From assembly GCA_963825135.1 (NCBI GenBank), contig CAWGRW010000009.1, positions 2,688,001 through 2,752,000 on the forward strand: a stretch of 64,000 nucleotides of DNA, written 5' to 3'. The first letter of the stretch is position 1. Each line of letters begins with the position of its first letter. Made by a program: the position numbers and the translations under genes. The notes beneath the pieces are model-generated. The model saw nothing but the letters and a program-made list of their open reading frames with translations. It did not search any database and was not told the DNA's origin. The stretch is from an uncultured bacterium. GTDB lineage: Bacteria; Desulfobacterota_D; UBA1144; Nemesobacterales; UBA2774. Shown here one piece after another: positions 9,825-20,326 of this stretch.

Positions 9825-11612
9825 TCAGGGCAGCTTGTCTTTATCTACAATATAGTTCCCGAGCACGAGCAAATCCATCCCGCTCTTGTTAAACGAGTTA
9901 AACGCCTCTGCGGGCGTATTCACTATGGGCTCGCCTTTAAGGTTAAAAGAGGTGTTGAGCACGACAGGCACGCCCGTCGCGTCGCCGAACGCCTCGATCA
10001 GGCTGTAGTACTTCGGGTTTAACTCCTTGTTTACGGTCTGGAGCCTTCCGGTCCCGTCGACGTGGGTGATCGCCGGAAGGACGTCCCTCTTGTTTTCGCG
10101 CACGTCCGTGACGTACAGCATGAAGCGCGCCGGGTAGTGTTTCGCCGGATCGTCGAGCGCGAAATAGTCCCCCGCTTTCTCCACGAGCACCGAAGGGGCG
10201 AACGGCCTGAAAGGCTCCCTGAATTTTATCTTGACGTTCACGATGTCCTTCATGTCGGCCCTCCCGGGATCGGCTATGATGCTCCTGTTCCCGAGCGCGC
10301 GCGGACCCCATTCGAACCTGCCCTGGTGCCAGCCTATGACCTTTCCCCGCGCGAGGTTATCGACGACCCTCTCGATGAGCTTCCGGTCGTCCTCGATTCT
10401 TTCGTACGGTATGTTGTTTTCCTTGAGGAATTCCTCGGTATCGGAAGCGCTGTGCTCTTCTCCCCAGTACGCGTGCTCCATGACGAACTTCCTCGGCTGA
10501 CCGAGCAGAGCGTGATAACCGTAGAGGGCCGCGCCCAGGGCTCCGCCGCCGTCCCCCGCGGCCGGCTGTATATATATATCGTCAAACGGGGTCTCGGAGA
10601 GTATCTTCCTGTTCGCCACGCTGTTGAGTGCGACGCCCCCGGCCATGCAGAGCTTGCTCAGGCCCGTCTCCCTGTGAGCGTACCCCGCCATCTTGACCAT
10701 TATCTGCTCCGTCACCGCCTGAATGCTCGCGGCGATGTCGGCGTAGTACTGGTTCTGTATCCCGAGCTCGTCGTAATTGGAAGGCTTTTCCCCGAAATAG
10801 GACGGGTATCCGGTCGAGGGGGTGAAGAAGTGCGCCTTCTGGTCCCTCGGGTTGCCGAACAGTTTTTCGAACTTCTTGTTGAAGGTCTTTTCAGACGAAT
10901 AATGAAAACTAAAATAATCCATATCGAGCTCGAACCCGCCGTCGTCGTCCACGTGGACGAGCTCGTAGATCTTGTCCACGTATTTAGGCTGGCCGAAGGG
11001 CGCCATCCCCATCACTTTGTATTCACCCTCGTTCACCTCGAAGCCGAGGAACGCCGTAAACGCGCTGTAGAGAAGCCCGAGGGAGTGCGGGAACCTTATC
11101 TCCTTAATCAGCTTTATATCGGTCCCTTTGCCCACGCCTATGGCGGCCGTCGTCCATTCGCCCACGCCGTCGACGGTCAGAATAGCGGCTTCCTCGAACG
11201 GAGAGCAGTAGAAACTGCTCGCCGCGTGCGAGAGGTGGTGCTCGCTGAACAGCACCTTCGAGGCGGGCACGCCGAGCTTCTTAAGGAGCAGGTGCTTTAC
11301 CCAGAGCTTGTCTCCGAGCCAGGTGACCATCGCTTCCCTGAAGAGCTTCATCGAGCGCGGGAACGAATACATCGAGCAGAGCAGCAGCCTCTCAAACTTG
11401 ATAAAGGGCTTTTCAAAAAACATCACGTAGTCGACGTCGCCCACCTCTAATCCCCCCGTCTCGAGACAGAACTCAATCGCGTTCTCGGGGAACTCGTAGT
11501 CGTGCTTAATGCGGCTGAACCTCTCTTCCTCAGCCGCGGCGACGAGCACTCCGTCTTTTAGAAGCGCAGCTGCGGCGTCGTGAAAATAACATGATATTCC
11601 AAGGATATTCAT
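9825..11612 (-). CDS. O-carbamoyltransferase, NodU/CmcH (SxtI-like) family
   Basis: HDAAAA, AEEERFSR, EHHLSHAAS, GEYKVMG, EWGPRALGNRS, KFREPFRPFAP, LNTSFN. Confidence 0.95.
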   Translation of the reverse strand: MNILGISCYFHDAAAALLKDGVLVAAAEEERFSRIKHDYEFPENAIEFCLETGGLEVGDVDYVMFFEKPFIKFERLLLCSMYSFPRSMKLFREAMVTWLGDKLWVKHLLLKKLGVPASKVLFSEHHLSHAASSFYCSPFEEAAILTVDGVGEWTTAAIGVGKGTDIKLIKEIRFPHSLGLLYSAFTAFLGFEVNEGEYKVMGMAPFGQPKYVDKIYELVHVDDDGGFELDMDYFSFHYSSEKTFNKKFEKLFGNPRDQKAHFFTPSTGYPSYFGEKPSNYDELGIQNQYYADIAASIQAVTEQIMVKMAGYAHRETGLSKLCMAGGVALNSVANRKILSETPFDDIYIQPAAGDGGGALGAALYGYHALLGQPRKFVMEHAYWGEEHSASDTEEFLKENNIPYERIEDDRKLIERVVDNLARGKVIGWHQGRFEWGPRALGNRSIIADPGRADMKDIVNVKIKFREPFRPFAPSVLVEKAGDYFALDDPAKHYPARFMLYVTDVRENKRDVLPAITHVDGTGRLQTVNKELNPKYYSLIEAFGDATGVPVVLNTSFNLKGEPIVNTPAEAFNSFNKSGMDLLVLGNYIVDKDKLP

Positions 11613-11662
11613 ATAGTCACCGTCTCGGGTTAAGTCCCGTCAAACCGTCTAGCCGGTCAGAG

Positions 11663-11938
11663 TTAAAACTGCCTCGCCGCCCTTTCCATGGGAGTAGTGC
11701 CAGGTTTTTCTTCCTTTATCTGCCAGCCTTTTTTCGCGTCCTTCTTTATCTCCAGGGGGTCCGTAAATAATCTGACCATGACAGCGAACGGCATGAGAAG
11801 GACGAAATAAAAGACGGTGAGGATTACCCTGGCGTTGAAATCCCCTATCTTTCTCGCGATCTTCTTCCATCCGTTCCAGATCCTCCTCAAGAGGTGCTGC
11901 CGCTCTGAACCCTTCTTCCTGTCGCTGTATTTACCCAT
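11663..11938 (-). CDS. SxtJ-like small membrane protein
   Basis: W..IARKIG.FNARVILTVFYFVLLMP...DPL...W...RQF, directly upstream of the carbamoyltransferase. Confidence 0.75.
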   Translation of the reverse strand: MGKYSDRKKGSERQHLLRRIWNGWKKIARKIGDFNARVILTVFYFVLLMPFAVMVRLFTDPLEIKKDAKKGWQIKEEKPGTTPMERAARQF

Positions 11939-12229
11939 CGCTATCCGATCACTCCCGGTGAAATTGATATAACTTACAGCCGTTTTTGCGATTAATAAAC
12001 CGGTTTGAAGTTTTAAGCAGCTAGTAAGCTACCTGAGAATCCTTTTCTTGGGAAGCTCCTGCGTCGCCGGGACCCGGCCGCTCCGCCCGGTAACGCTAAT
12101 CCGAAGCCGTACGCGGGATACCGAATAACCGGCTCGGCCGTCAGACGAGGACAGGTCCGCATGTTACATATTATGATATGATACAAGACGGTTAAGCCCG
12201 GCTCCGGGAATACGAATTCCCGGCGGGGA

Positions 12230-14479
12230 TCATCCGCCAACCGTGTTGGTGGATTCGATCTTGTAAGTGAGCTCCTGAATCTTCCACGCCCCTTCTGACC
12301 AGAAGAGCCTCCAGTTTATGCTTCCGCGCGAATTCTTGAGAGCCCCCGTCCGCTGGTCCTTGAACGTTACGTAGAAATATCCCCTCACGAGACCGAGGGT
12401 ATTCTGAAGGGATACCCTGCTCACTTTAACCTCGTAGTTGATGATGTCGAGCCTGGAGAAATTAGAGCTGTAAGTGTCAAGCACCCTCGATATGCCCACC
12501 CCGTTCTCAACCGCGCTGGGAGAGAACAGGGCTCTTACGCGGTCTATGTCCTTGCTCTTGTAAGCGGACACATACTCGGAGACGAAAAGATTTAGCGACG
12601 CGTTGTCGGGTGCGGGGGAGGACGGGACGGGTTCCGGGGCGTTAAGCGCCGTGTCCCTGATCGCGACGGCGGACTCGGCGAGCTTCGGGTTGAAATCCGC
12701 GGTAATATCCGTTTTCACCGGGGGCTTGACGGGCGTTACGGTCTTTCCCGCCGCGGTATTTTTAATTAACGGCTCGGGCAATTTATCAGCCTTTGCAATT
12801 TTCACGGGCGCGGGCTCCGCCTTTTTTACCTCCGCTGCTTTATCGGCAGCTTCCTCATGGGGGCGGGCAATACCGTCGCCCGCAATTAACAGCTTTTCCC
12901 CTACACCGATCTTATTGTTTTCGAGATCGTTCAATCGTGAAAGCTCTCCGGTCGTGGTGCCGAACTTATGCGCTATGGTCCAGAGCGATTCGCCTTTCTT
13001 CACGGTGTGGTACGTCCCCGGAGCGGGAGTCTCCGCCTTTTCGGGCAATTTTATTTCCGTCACTCCCTCGGCGGCTTTCCCGGCATCTTCCGATTTCTTT
13101 GCAAGCTCGGTTTCAGGCGCGGATTTATCTTCGCTCCGTGCAGAGACGGCGTCGTTTCCGGATAAAGCCTCCGGGGCGCTGACCTTGGGCTCCGGTAACG
13201 TTGAGGACGCTTCAGGGGTTACGCCGGCTAGAGATTTCTTTTCTTCAGCCTTCTTCGCTGATAAAGCCCCCTCGGCGGCCTCTTCGGTCTTTGCCTGCAG
13301 CGGGGATTTCGCAGGCGACGTTTCCGGGGCCGCGATATCGACAGGTTTCTCCTCTTTTTCCGCTACCCCGGCCTCGGGTTCCGCGAGCTCTCCGACTTCG
13401 ACAGCTTTTTCCTCCGCTTTTTCGATCCCGGCCGCGGCTTCCTCGGCAGGAGCTTTCTCTATCGCTTCTTCAGGGCTGATTTCCGTGATTTCAAGCCTTT
13501 TTTCCAGGGCGGGTTCGGTCTCCAAAACAGCTTCCGTGCCGGTTACAGGGACGCTCGCCGTTTCGTCTCTCTTTGCCGCCGCGTCCCCTTTAGCCGGGGG
13601 CTCGGCTTCCGCCAATTCGGTTTTCGTATCCGCCGGTGCGCTATTGACGACCGGGGGGTTTTTAGCGGCGGTTTCCACCTGGACCGCGGTTTCGCCCCTG
13701 TCCGCCTCCTCGGGTTCCCGGCCCTCGTCGGCGATTATACTCTCGGCCGTATGGGCGGGCGCGAGCGGCTTTATCCCGGATACGCGTTTATCGACCTTCT
13801 CGGAATCGAGGAGATCGCCCTTGTAGACCGTGTTAGGCATGTCAGGCGCCTCTAACTCCCTGGCGAACCTTTCTTTGTCCTCCTTGGACTTGAAAATGAG
13901 CCCCGACCCCGAGGCGTACATTACGACGAAAAACACGACGACCATGAGGGACGCCGCGTAGTAGTATTTCTTCATTTCGCGCTGCGGGACTATGACGGGC
14001 ATGGCCGGGAGGCTCTTGTTGTCGTAGGCCTCCCTCTTCGCGCTGTTGCTCAGGACCTCGTAGGCTTCGTTTATCTTTTTGGACGTATCCAGCCCCTCGG
14101 CGCCCGCCTTGTCCGGGTGGTGGGACTTCATGAGCTCGATCCAGCTCCTCCTCATATCTTCTTCGGAGGCATTCCGGGGGACGTTGAGCGTCTTGTAGTA
14201 ATCGAGCGAATCCGATTGATAATACTCATAATAAGGGATGAAATAGCCGAGGACGGTCTTCGACTGCTCTATTATGAAGTCCTCGCTCAGCTTTCGTCTG
14301 TCGGCCAGGTTTTTGAGCAGATTGAAATTCGGGGAACGCTGACCCGAGGATATGTCCTTCAGGATATGGTAGTAATAAACCCTGTCCATGGAGAATCTGT
14401 CGGCGACCTCCCTGATATCCTTGGCGTCGATCAGCTCCGATACGATCCTCTCGTATTTTCTCTTATCAAGAATTATCAT
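12230..14479 (-). CDS. Membrane protein with J-domain, single TM, Ala/Glu/Pro-rich linker, LysM and NTF2-like C-terminal domain
   Basis: DYYKTLNV...HHPDK...INEAYEVL (J-domain); hydrophobic segment AASLMVVVFFVVMYA; YHTVKKGESLWTIAHKFGTT..L..LN (LysM); C-terminal ...WKIQEL domain. Confidence 0.85.
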   Translation of the reverse strand: MIILDKRKYERIVSELIDAKDIREVADRFSMDRVYYYHILKDISSGQRSPNFNLLKNLADRRKLSEDFIIEQSKTVLGYFIPYYEYYQSDSLDYYKTLNVPRNASEEDMRRSWIELMKSHHPDKAGAEGLDTSKKINEAYEVLSNSAKREAYDNKSLPAMPVIVPQREMKKYYYAASLMVVVFFVVMYASGSGLIFKSKEDKERFARELEAPDMPNTVYKGDLLDSEKVDKRVSGIKPLAPAHTAESIIADEGREPEEADRGETAVQVETAAKNPPVVNSAPADTKTELAEAEPPAKGDAAAKRDETASVPVTGTEAVLETEPALEKRLEITEISPEEAIEKAPAEEAAAGIEKAEEKAVEVGELAEPEAGVAEKEEKPVDIAAPETSPAKSPLQAKTEEAAEGALSAKKAEEKKSLAGVTPEASSTLPEPKVSAPEALSGNDAVSARSEDKSAPETELAKKSEDAGKAAEGVTEIKLPEKAETPAPGTYHTVKKGESLWTIAHKFGTTTGELSRLNDLENNKIGVGEKLLIAGDGIARPHEEAADKAAEVKKAEPAPVKIAKADKLPEPLIKNTAAGKTVTPVKPPVKTDITADFNPKLAESAVAIRDTALNAPEPVPSSPAPDNASLNLFVSEYVSAYKSKDIDRVRALFSPSAVENGVGISRVLDTYSSNFSRLDIINYEVKVSRVSLQNTLGLVRGYFYVTFKDQRTGALKNSRGSINWRLFWSEGAWKIQELTYKIESTNTVGG

Positions 14480-14950
14480 GTATCCCCTTGTCGTCCTATT
14501 CCGCAGATGACCCGCGAGCGTTAACGGGTACTGCTATTACTTTATCATATATAGAGAAAATTTCTTTCCCGGCGAGGCCGCATAACCTTCCCGGTCACGG
14601 AGCCGTATCCGCGTAAGGCGTCTTCGAAAGCGATTCCCGAGATGTATTGCAGGAACAACGATTGATAGATTCCGGCACCTCCGCGCAAGACTCCATCATC
14701 CTGAAGCGGACCGGGTACTTATATTCCGCTCGCCGAATAAGTATTAGCTAACTAATCGGATTGGGCAAGTTTTTTTTATAAATTCATCAAAATCGCGCGA
14801 TAGAGCATAAAAACACCCGTTTAACCGATGTAAACGGCCCGGTGCGCCGTCAAATCCTCCCAGGCGGCCCGAGAATCCGGGGGCGTGATATTTGACAAAA
14901 CGGTAATTACGGAAAAAATTAAGAGGCAAAAATATGCCGGAGGAAGGACA

Positions 14951-15391
14951 TTGGAACGCACACTATCGATAATAAAGCCCGACGGAGTCGAGAAAAACGT
15001 AATCGGGGAAGTCATAAGCAGGTTCGAGAAGAACGGGCTCAGGATTGCGGCTCTGAAAATGGTCAAGCTCACGAAGAAGGACGCGGAGGGCTTTTACATC
15101 GTGCACAAGGATAGGCCCTTTTACGGGAGCCTGACTGATTTTATGTCCCGGGGCCCCGTCGTGCTCATGGTGCTCGAAGGGCAGAACGCCGTCGCTAAAA
15201 ACAGGGAAATAATGGGCGCCACCAACCCCGCCCAGGCGGCGGAGGGGACGATAAGAAAGGACTTCGCGACGAGCATCGAGGAGAACACCGTCCACGGCTC
15301 CGACTCCCCCGAGTCGGCCGCGTTCGAGATCGGCTACTTCTTCAACGCGTTTGAGCTTTGCGGGGGGGATAAAGCGCTAAATTGTTGTTGA
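14951..15391 (+). CDS. ndk: Nucleoside-diphosphate kinase
   Basis: [28 protein letters not shown] start after AGGA-rich RBS. Confidence 0.96.
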   Translation: MERTLSIIKPDGVEKNVIGEVISRFEKNGLRIAALKMVKLTKKDAEGFYIVHKDRPFYGSLTDFMSRGPVVLMVLEGQNAVAKNREIMGATNPAQAAEGTIRKDFATSIEENTVHGSDSPESAAFEIGYFFNAFELCGGDKALNCC

Positions 15392-15406
15392 CTAGGGATT
15401 GAAAGA

Positions 15407-15482
15407 TGGATTCCCGATAAAGTCACTCGGGAATGACAGAAAGATGAGATTGCCGCGGTTCCTACGGAACCTCGCAATGACA
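15407..15482. repeat. Two short palindromic intergenic repeats (ATTCCC...GGGAATGACA and GAGATTGC...CTCGCAATGACA types)
   Basis: Related motifs recur at 23407-23437, 40420-40635 and 59055-59200. Confidence 0.7.
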
Positions 15483-15495
15483 AAGTATTGGATCT

Positions 15496-16171
15496 TTAGA
15501 GTATCTCCCTCATCTCCGCGTTGAAGACCTCGCCGAAGGAGCGTACGAAGGAGCGCGTGACGACTCCGAAGTCTATCTCCTCTCCGAGAATGTCCTTTAA
15601 CGACGTAATCATCACCCCCTCGAGGCCGCATGGGACGATCATCGAGAAAGTAGCTCAGGTCCGTGTTCACGTTAAACGCGGAGCCGTGCATCGTTATGCC
15701 GCCGCTCACGGAAACCCCTATCGACGCTATCTTCCCCCCGTAGGCCCACACGCCGGGATACCCGTCCATGGTCACGCCCTTTATGTCGTAATCCCCGAGC
15801 ACGCGGATTATCGTCTCCTCGAGCGCGCGGACGTACGCCTTCGCTCCGAGTCCGAATGAACGGAGATCGATTATCGGGTACGCGACGAGCTGCCCCGGGC
15901 CGTGGAAGGTAACGTCCCCTCCCCTCTCCGTCTTATATGTCTCGACGCCCCGCTTGCCGAGCTCGTCCTCGGAGAGGATTATATTCCCCCCGCGCCCGAA
16001 CCTGCCGTCCGTGATGACGGGCTCGTGTTCCAGCAGAAGGAGATACCCGCCCGCCCCCGGCCCTTCCCTGCGGAGCCTTTCCCGGCGCTCTTTCTGGAGC
16101 GAGAGTCCGTCCCGGTAGCGGACTGCGCCCAGGTACTGCCATCTTATCGTTCCTTTCGCGCCGGAGTCCAT
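15496..16171 (-). CDS. lipB: Octanoyltransferase LipB (+1 indel near 15650)
   Basis: LLLEHEPV, RGGDVTFHGPGQLVAYP, KIASIG, HGSAFNV. Removing one T restores the catalytic IVPCG and a stop at 15496. Confidence 0.92.
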
Positions 16172-16304
16172 GACCCGGTAGAGTCTAAACTATCGCCCGC
16201 CGCTTTCCACTCCGCTTGCCTCCCGCCGGGTACTCGAATATACTGACCTCGAAACGGTCCCCGGTAAAACGGGCGTCGTTTTTGTCCCCGCAATCCCCAC
16301 GACC

Positions 16305-17309
16305 ATGAAACAAAAACCGGGAAAAAAATCAGGCGCCGAAGAATTCTCCGGCTATCTCGCCTCGGGCGCACCCGCCCCGGTGCTCGTATTCACCGGAGAC
16401 CAGCCCTATCTCATGGACAATGCCGTCGCCGGTCTCAGGCAGACCGTCCTCGGCCCGTCGGGAGACGTCAACTACATAGTATTTTACGGGGAAAGCGCTT
16501 CGGGCAGGGAGATTGCCGACAACGCGAGCACCTACCCGATGTTCTCCAAAAAAAAGCTCATCGTTGTGAAAAACGCGGAGAAGCTCCCGGCGAAGGAGCT
16601 TTCGGCGCTCGAGCCCTACTTCGCGTCCCCGTCCCCGGCCTCCTGCCTCGTGCTCATGTTCTCAGACGGCAAGAAGCCGAAGCTCGGCGGCGGGAAGAAC
16701 GTGACGGCGTTTGACTTCTCTCTGGAGAAGGGGAACACGGCGTCCGCCGTCAGGGAGGAGGCCGGGAAGCTCGGATACGAGATAACGAGGGCGGGCGCTG
16801 AGGCGCTCATAGGCCTCGTCGGGGACGACCTTCAGGAGATACACAACGAGCTCGTTAAGATTTCCATATACAAGGGCGACAAAAAGACCATAGGCCCCGA
16901 GGACGTGGAGGCGCTCACGAAGAAGACGAAATTCGCCGACATATATCAGCTCATCAACGCCATATCGCGGAGGGACAAGCGGACCGCGCACAGGGTGCTC
17001 GGCGAGCTAGAGGCTGCCGGCGAGGAGCCGCTTTCCATACTCGGGCTCATAAGCTGGAGGTTCAGGCTCATATGGAGGGCGAAGGAGCTTCAGGACAGGA
17101 GGCTCGGCCAGGCCGAGATGTTAAAGGAGCTCAAGATCTCTCCCGGGCAGTTCTATTACCTGGGCGAGGACCTGAAAAAGTTCAGCTACGCGGACATAGC
17201 GCGCATAATGGAGGCGCTTGCCGAGTGCGACAAGAAGCTCAAGCTGAGTTATGTGCCCAGGAGCTTCATGCTGACGAAGCTCGTCATCGAGCTGTGCGCC
17301 AGGGGCTGA
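16305..17309 (+). CDS. holA: DNA polymerase III delta subunit
   Basis: PMFSKKKLIVV, NELVKI, EEPLSILG; convergent with rpsT, a common neighbour. Confidence 0.88.
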   Translation: MKQKPGKKSGAEEFSGYLASGAPAPVLVFTGDQPYLMDNAVAGLRQTVLGPSGDVNYIVFYGESASGREIADNASTYPMFSKKKLIVVKNAEKLPAKELSALEPYFASPSPASCLVLMFSDGKKPKLGGGKNVTAFDFSLEKGNTASAVREEAGKLGYEITRAGAEALIGLVGDDLQEIHNELVKISIYKGDKKTIGPEDVEALTKKTKFADIYQLINAISRRDKRTAHRVLGELEAAGEEPLSILGLISWRFRLIWRAKELQDRRLGQAEMLKELKISPGQFYYLGEDLKKFSYADIARIMEALAECDKKLKLSYVPRSFMLTKLVIELCARG

Positions 17310-17316
17310 GGGGGTG

Positions 17317-17607
17317 CTAGGAAGCGGGGGCCGATGCCGATTTTGAGAGCTGATGCACCCTCTTGGCGAGCCTTCCGGTCTTGCGCGAGGCCGTTTTCTT
17401 GTGCATTACGCCCTTGGACGCCGCCTTCTTGAGCCTCGATTCCGTTTCCCTGAGGATACCTTCCGCGGCCTTTTGATCCCCGTTGTCTATGAATGCGGTG
17501 ATCTTCTTTACCTGAGTCTTCAAGTCCGATTTTACTATGGTATTCCTGTCCCTTCTCTTGATGCTCTGACGGTGCTGCTTTATTCCGGATTTAATTCTTT
17601 TAGCCAT
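17317..17607 (-). CDS. rpsT: 30S ribosomal protein S20
   Basis: IKSGIK..RQS, KAASKGVMHKKTASRK. Confidence 0.93.
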   Translation of the reverse strand: MAKRIKSGIKQHRQSIKRRDRNTIVKSDLKTQVKKITAFIDNGDQKAAEGILRETESRLKKAASKGVMHKKTASRKTGRLAKRVHQLSKSASAPAS

Positions 17608-17765
17608 TAATATGTATCCCTCCCGCGGATAATCCCGTTAATTTTGCCGGGAATCGGGGATTTGTCAAATGATTCCGGGCGGAATCGGGCATATACACAC
17701 TCGATTATTTTATTGCCCGGGCGAATTATGGTATATTCCACCTCAATTTACGGAAGGAGGCCCGG

Positions 17766-18413
17766 ATGAAATTCTTTCTCGATACCGCGAATCTAGACGA
17801 GATCAGGGACGCCGCAAGCTATGGCGTGCTCGACGGCGTGACGACGAACCCTTCCCTCGTGTCCAAGGAAGGCGAGCAAAAAGGGTTCAGGGACTTAGTC
17901 AGGGAGATATGCGAGATCGTCAAGGGGCCCGTGAGCGCCGAAGTTTTATCGACCGACATAGAGCGCATGCTGGACGAGGCCCGTGAGCTGGCAGGGATAC
18001 ACGAGCACGTCGTGGTGAAGATGCCGATGACCGAGGACGGCATAAAGGCGACGAAGATAGTCTCGGACGAAGGCATAAACGTGAACGTTACGCTAATATT
18101 CTCACCGTCTCAGGCGTTAGTCGCCGCCAAGGCCGGGGCCGCCTACGTGAGCCCGTTCGTAGGCCGCCTCGACGACATATCCGAGTTCGGGATGGAGATG
18201 GTCGGGGACATAGTGCAGATATTCGGCAACTACAATATAAAGACGGAAGTGCTCGTCGCGAGCGTGAGGCACCCCTTACACGTAGTCGAGGCGGCTAAAA
18301 TGGGTGCTGACGTCGCGACCATGCCGTACAAGGTGTTCAAGCAGCTCATCAGGCACCCGCTCACGGATATAGGATTGGAAAAGTTTTTAGCAGACTGGGG
18401 AAAGGGTAAATAG
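17766..18413 (+). CDS. tal: Transaldolase / fructose-6-phosphate aldolase
   Basis: [38 protein letters not shown]. Confidence 0.93.
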   Translation: MKFFLDTANLDEIRDAASYGVLDGVTTNPSLVSKEGEQKGFRDLVREICEIVKGPVSAEVLSTDIERMLDEARELAGIHEHVVVKMPMTEDGIKATKIVSDEGINVNVTLIFSPSQALVAAKAGAAYVSPFVGRLDDISEFGMEMVGDIVQIFGNYNIKTEVLVASVRHPLHVVEAAKMGADVATMPYKVFKQLIRHPLTDIGLEKFLADWGKGK

Positions 18414-18427
18414 CCCGGAGAGCGCGT

Positions 18428-19196
18428 TTAATCATCCTTCCCCTTAACAGCCGCGATCAGGAATTCCTTATTGCCCTCGGCCCCTTCTATGGGCGAGGGG
18501 ATGACGCCTAAAACCCCGACCCCGAGACCCTTGACGAATTCGGTAATTTTATCGACCACCTCCCTGTGCTTGGACTCGTCCCTCACTATTCCGCCCTTCC
18601 CCACCTCGCCCTTGCCGACCTCGAACTGGGGCTTTATGAGCGCGATGAGTACGCCGCCCGGTTTGATGAGCGCGAGAGCGGGAGGAATGATCATAGTGAG
18701 CGAGATGAATGAGACGTCGATTACCACTATGTCGGCGGGCTCGGCTGATGTCAGCGGGCTTAATGTAGCGGGCGTTTAACTTCTCCCTGACCACGACGCG
18801 GGGGTCCTGCCTCAGCTTCCAGTCGAGCTGTCCGTAGCCGACGTCTACCGCGTAAACTTTTGCCGCCCCGTGTTTGAGCAGGCAGTCGGTAAAGCCCCCG
18901 GTGGAAGCGCCTATGTCCACAGCCGTACAGCCCGCCGGGTCTATGCCGAATTCCTTTAACGCCGCTTCGAGCTTGAGACCGCCCCGGCTCACGTATTTGA
19001 GCGCGGCGTCCCTGAGCGTCACCTCCTGACCGTCCTTCACGAGAGCGCCCGCCTTGTCCGTCCTCACGCCGTCCACGTACACGTCCCCGGCCATTATCAC
19101 GGCGCGCGCCTTTGACCTCGACTCGGTAAGCCCCCTCTCGACGAGGACCGTATCGAGCCTCTTTTTAACAGCGGCGCGTTTATCTGTTTTGTTCAT
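18428..19196 (-). CDS. tlyA: TlyA family rRNA (cytidine-2'-O)-methyltransferase (indel near 18745)
   Basis: RLD..LV.RGL, YVSRGGLKL, DIGASTGGFTD in one frame; DVSFISL, LIKPQFE, GNKEFL in the next. Confidence 0.93.
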
Positions 19197-20092
19197 CAGT
19201 GATTTCTGCAGCCGAGATAGAGCGCAATCTGTCTTAGGGGCTCGGCCCTTTCGTCGAACTCCGCCAGGGCGAGGACCGCCTGACGCGTGAGCTCGGAGGC
19301 CTTTGCTTTCGATTCCTCGATCCCCGCGACTCCGGGGTGGGTGGACTTGCCGTGCCTCTCGTCGTTCCCCCTCTCCTTCCCGAGGTCCCCTTCCCCTTCT
19401 ATGTCGAGTATGTCGTCTATTATCTGAAACGCGAGCCCGACGGACTCGGCGTAGGAGGCGAGCATTTCGAGCTGGTTCTTGTCGGCCCCGCCTATCCGCG
19501 CGCCCGCCGTGACCGACGCCCTTATCATCGCCCCCGTCTTAAGCGCGTGCATACGCTCGACCCGGGGGAGCGTTACGTCTTTAGTCCCGGCGAGTGCGAG
19601 GTCCATCACCTGCCCCTCTATCATCCCGCGGGAGCCGGCGGCGAGGGCTATGTCGCCCGCGACGTCGCATATCACCTGCGCGCTCACGCCCCTCGCGAGC
19701 CCTTCGGTGACCAGCATCCCGAACGCGTCGGTGAGGAGCGCGTCCCCGGCCAGTATCGCGGTCGATTCGCCGAACACCCTGTGGTTCGTAGGCACGCCCC
19801 GCCTCATCGCGTCGTCGTCCATCGAGGGCAGGTCGTCGTGTATGAGCGAATACGTGTGTATCATCTCTATCGCGCAGGCAGCGGGCATGACCTTTTCGGT
19901 GTCGGCCCCCACGGCCTCTCCCGCCGCTATGGCGAGTATCGGGCGGAGCCTCTTGCCCCCCGCAAGGGCGCTATACCGCATGGACTCCAGCAGACGCGAC
20001 TGACTCCCGCCCCCGGCCAGAAGGAGCATGTCGAGCTCCCTGTCCACGAGCTCACGGTTTTTCTTGAGATAGGCCTTGATATCGAATGCCAT
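19196..20092 (-). CDS. ispA: Farnesyl/geranyl diphosphate synthase
   Basis: GGKRLRP, HDDLPSMDDD..RRG, FQIIDDILD. Confidence 0.95.
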   Translation of the reverse strand: MAFDIKAYLKKNRELVDRELDMLLLAGGGSQSRLLESMRYSALAGGKRLRPILAIAAGEAVGADTEKVMPAACAIEMIHTYSLIHDDLPSMDDDAMRRGVPTNHRVFGESTAILAGDALLTDAFGMLVTEGLARGVSAQVICDVAGDIALAAGSRGMIEGQVMDLALAGTKDVTLPRVERMHALKTGAMIRASVTAGARIGGADKNQLEMLASYAESVGLAFQIIDDILDIEGEGDLGKERGNDERHGKSTHPGVAGIEESKAKASELTRQAVLALAEFDERAEPLRQIALYLGCRNH

Positions 20093-20098
20093 GACGGG

Positions 20099-20326
20099 TC
20101 AGATCTCGGGCTCGAAATCCTCTAATGCAGTCTCGCCGTTCTTCTCCACGAGTATCTCGACTTTCTTCCTGATTTCATTCAGCTTTTTCTGGGAAAAGGA
20201 GATGAGCTCCGTCCCCTCCTGAAAGAGCTTTATCGAGTCCTCGAGCGGCAGGTTCCCGCTCTCGAGCTTCTTTATGATTTCTCTCAGCTCCCTCAAGGCG
20301 TCCTCGAATTTCATCTTGGATTTCAT
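20099..20326 (-). CDS. xseB: Exodeoxyribonuclease VII small subunit
   Basis: FEDAL.EL..II.KLESG.LPLEDS; xseB-ispA synteny. Confidence 0.93.
   Translation of the reverse strand: MKSKMKFEDALRELREIIKKLESGNLPLEDSIKLFQEGTELISFSQKKLNEIRKKVEILVEKNGETALEDFEPEI

Noticed and set aside
10062..11450. 462-aa plus-strand ORF (and similar long antisense ORFs at 12603-13826, 36284-37024, 42551-43510, 52693-53625, 57699-58694)
   Set aside because: They lie antisense to well-supported genes and are expected shadows of GC-rich codon usage
9576..11938. Saxitoxin biosynthesis
   Set aside because: Only sxtI/J/K-like genes are present; no sxtA, sxtG or other core genes, and the context is glycan-related
12013..12162. 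tmRNA (ORF ends LLAA*)
   Set aside because: No tRNA-like 5' GGGG..TTCGA or 3' T-arm/CCA ends flank it
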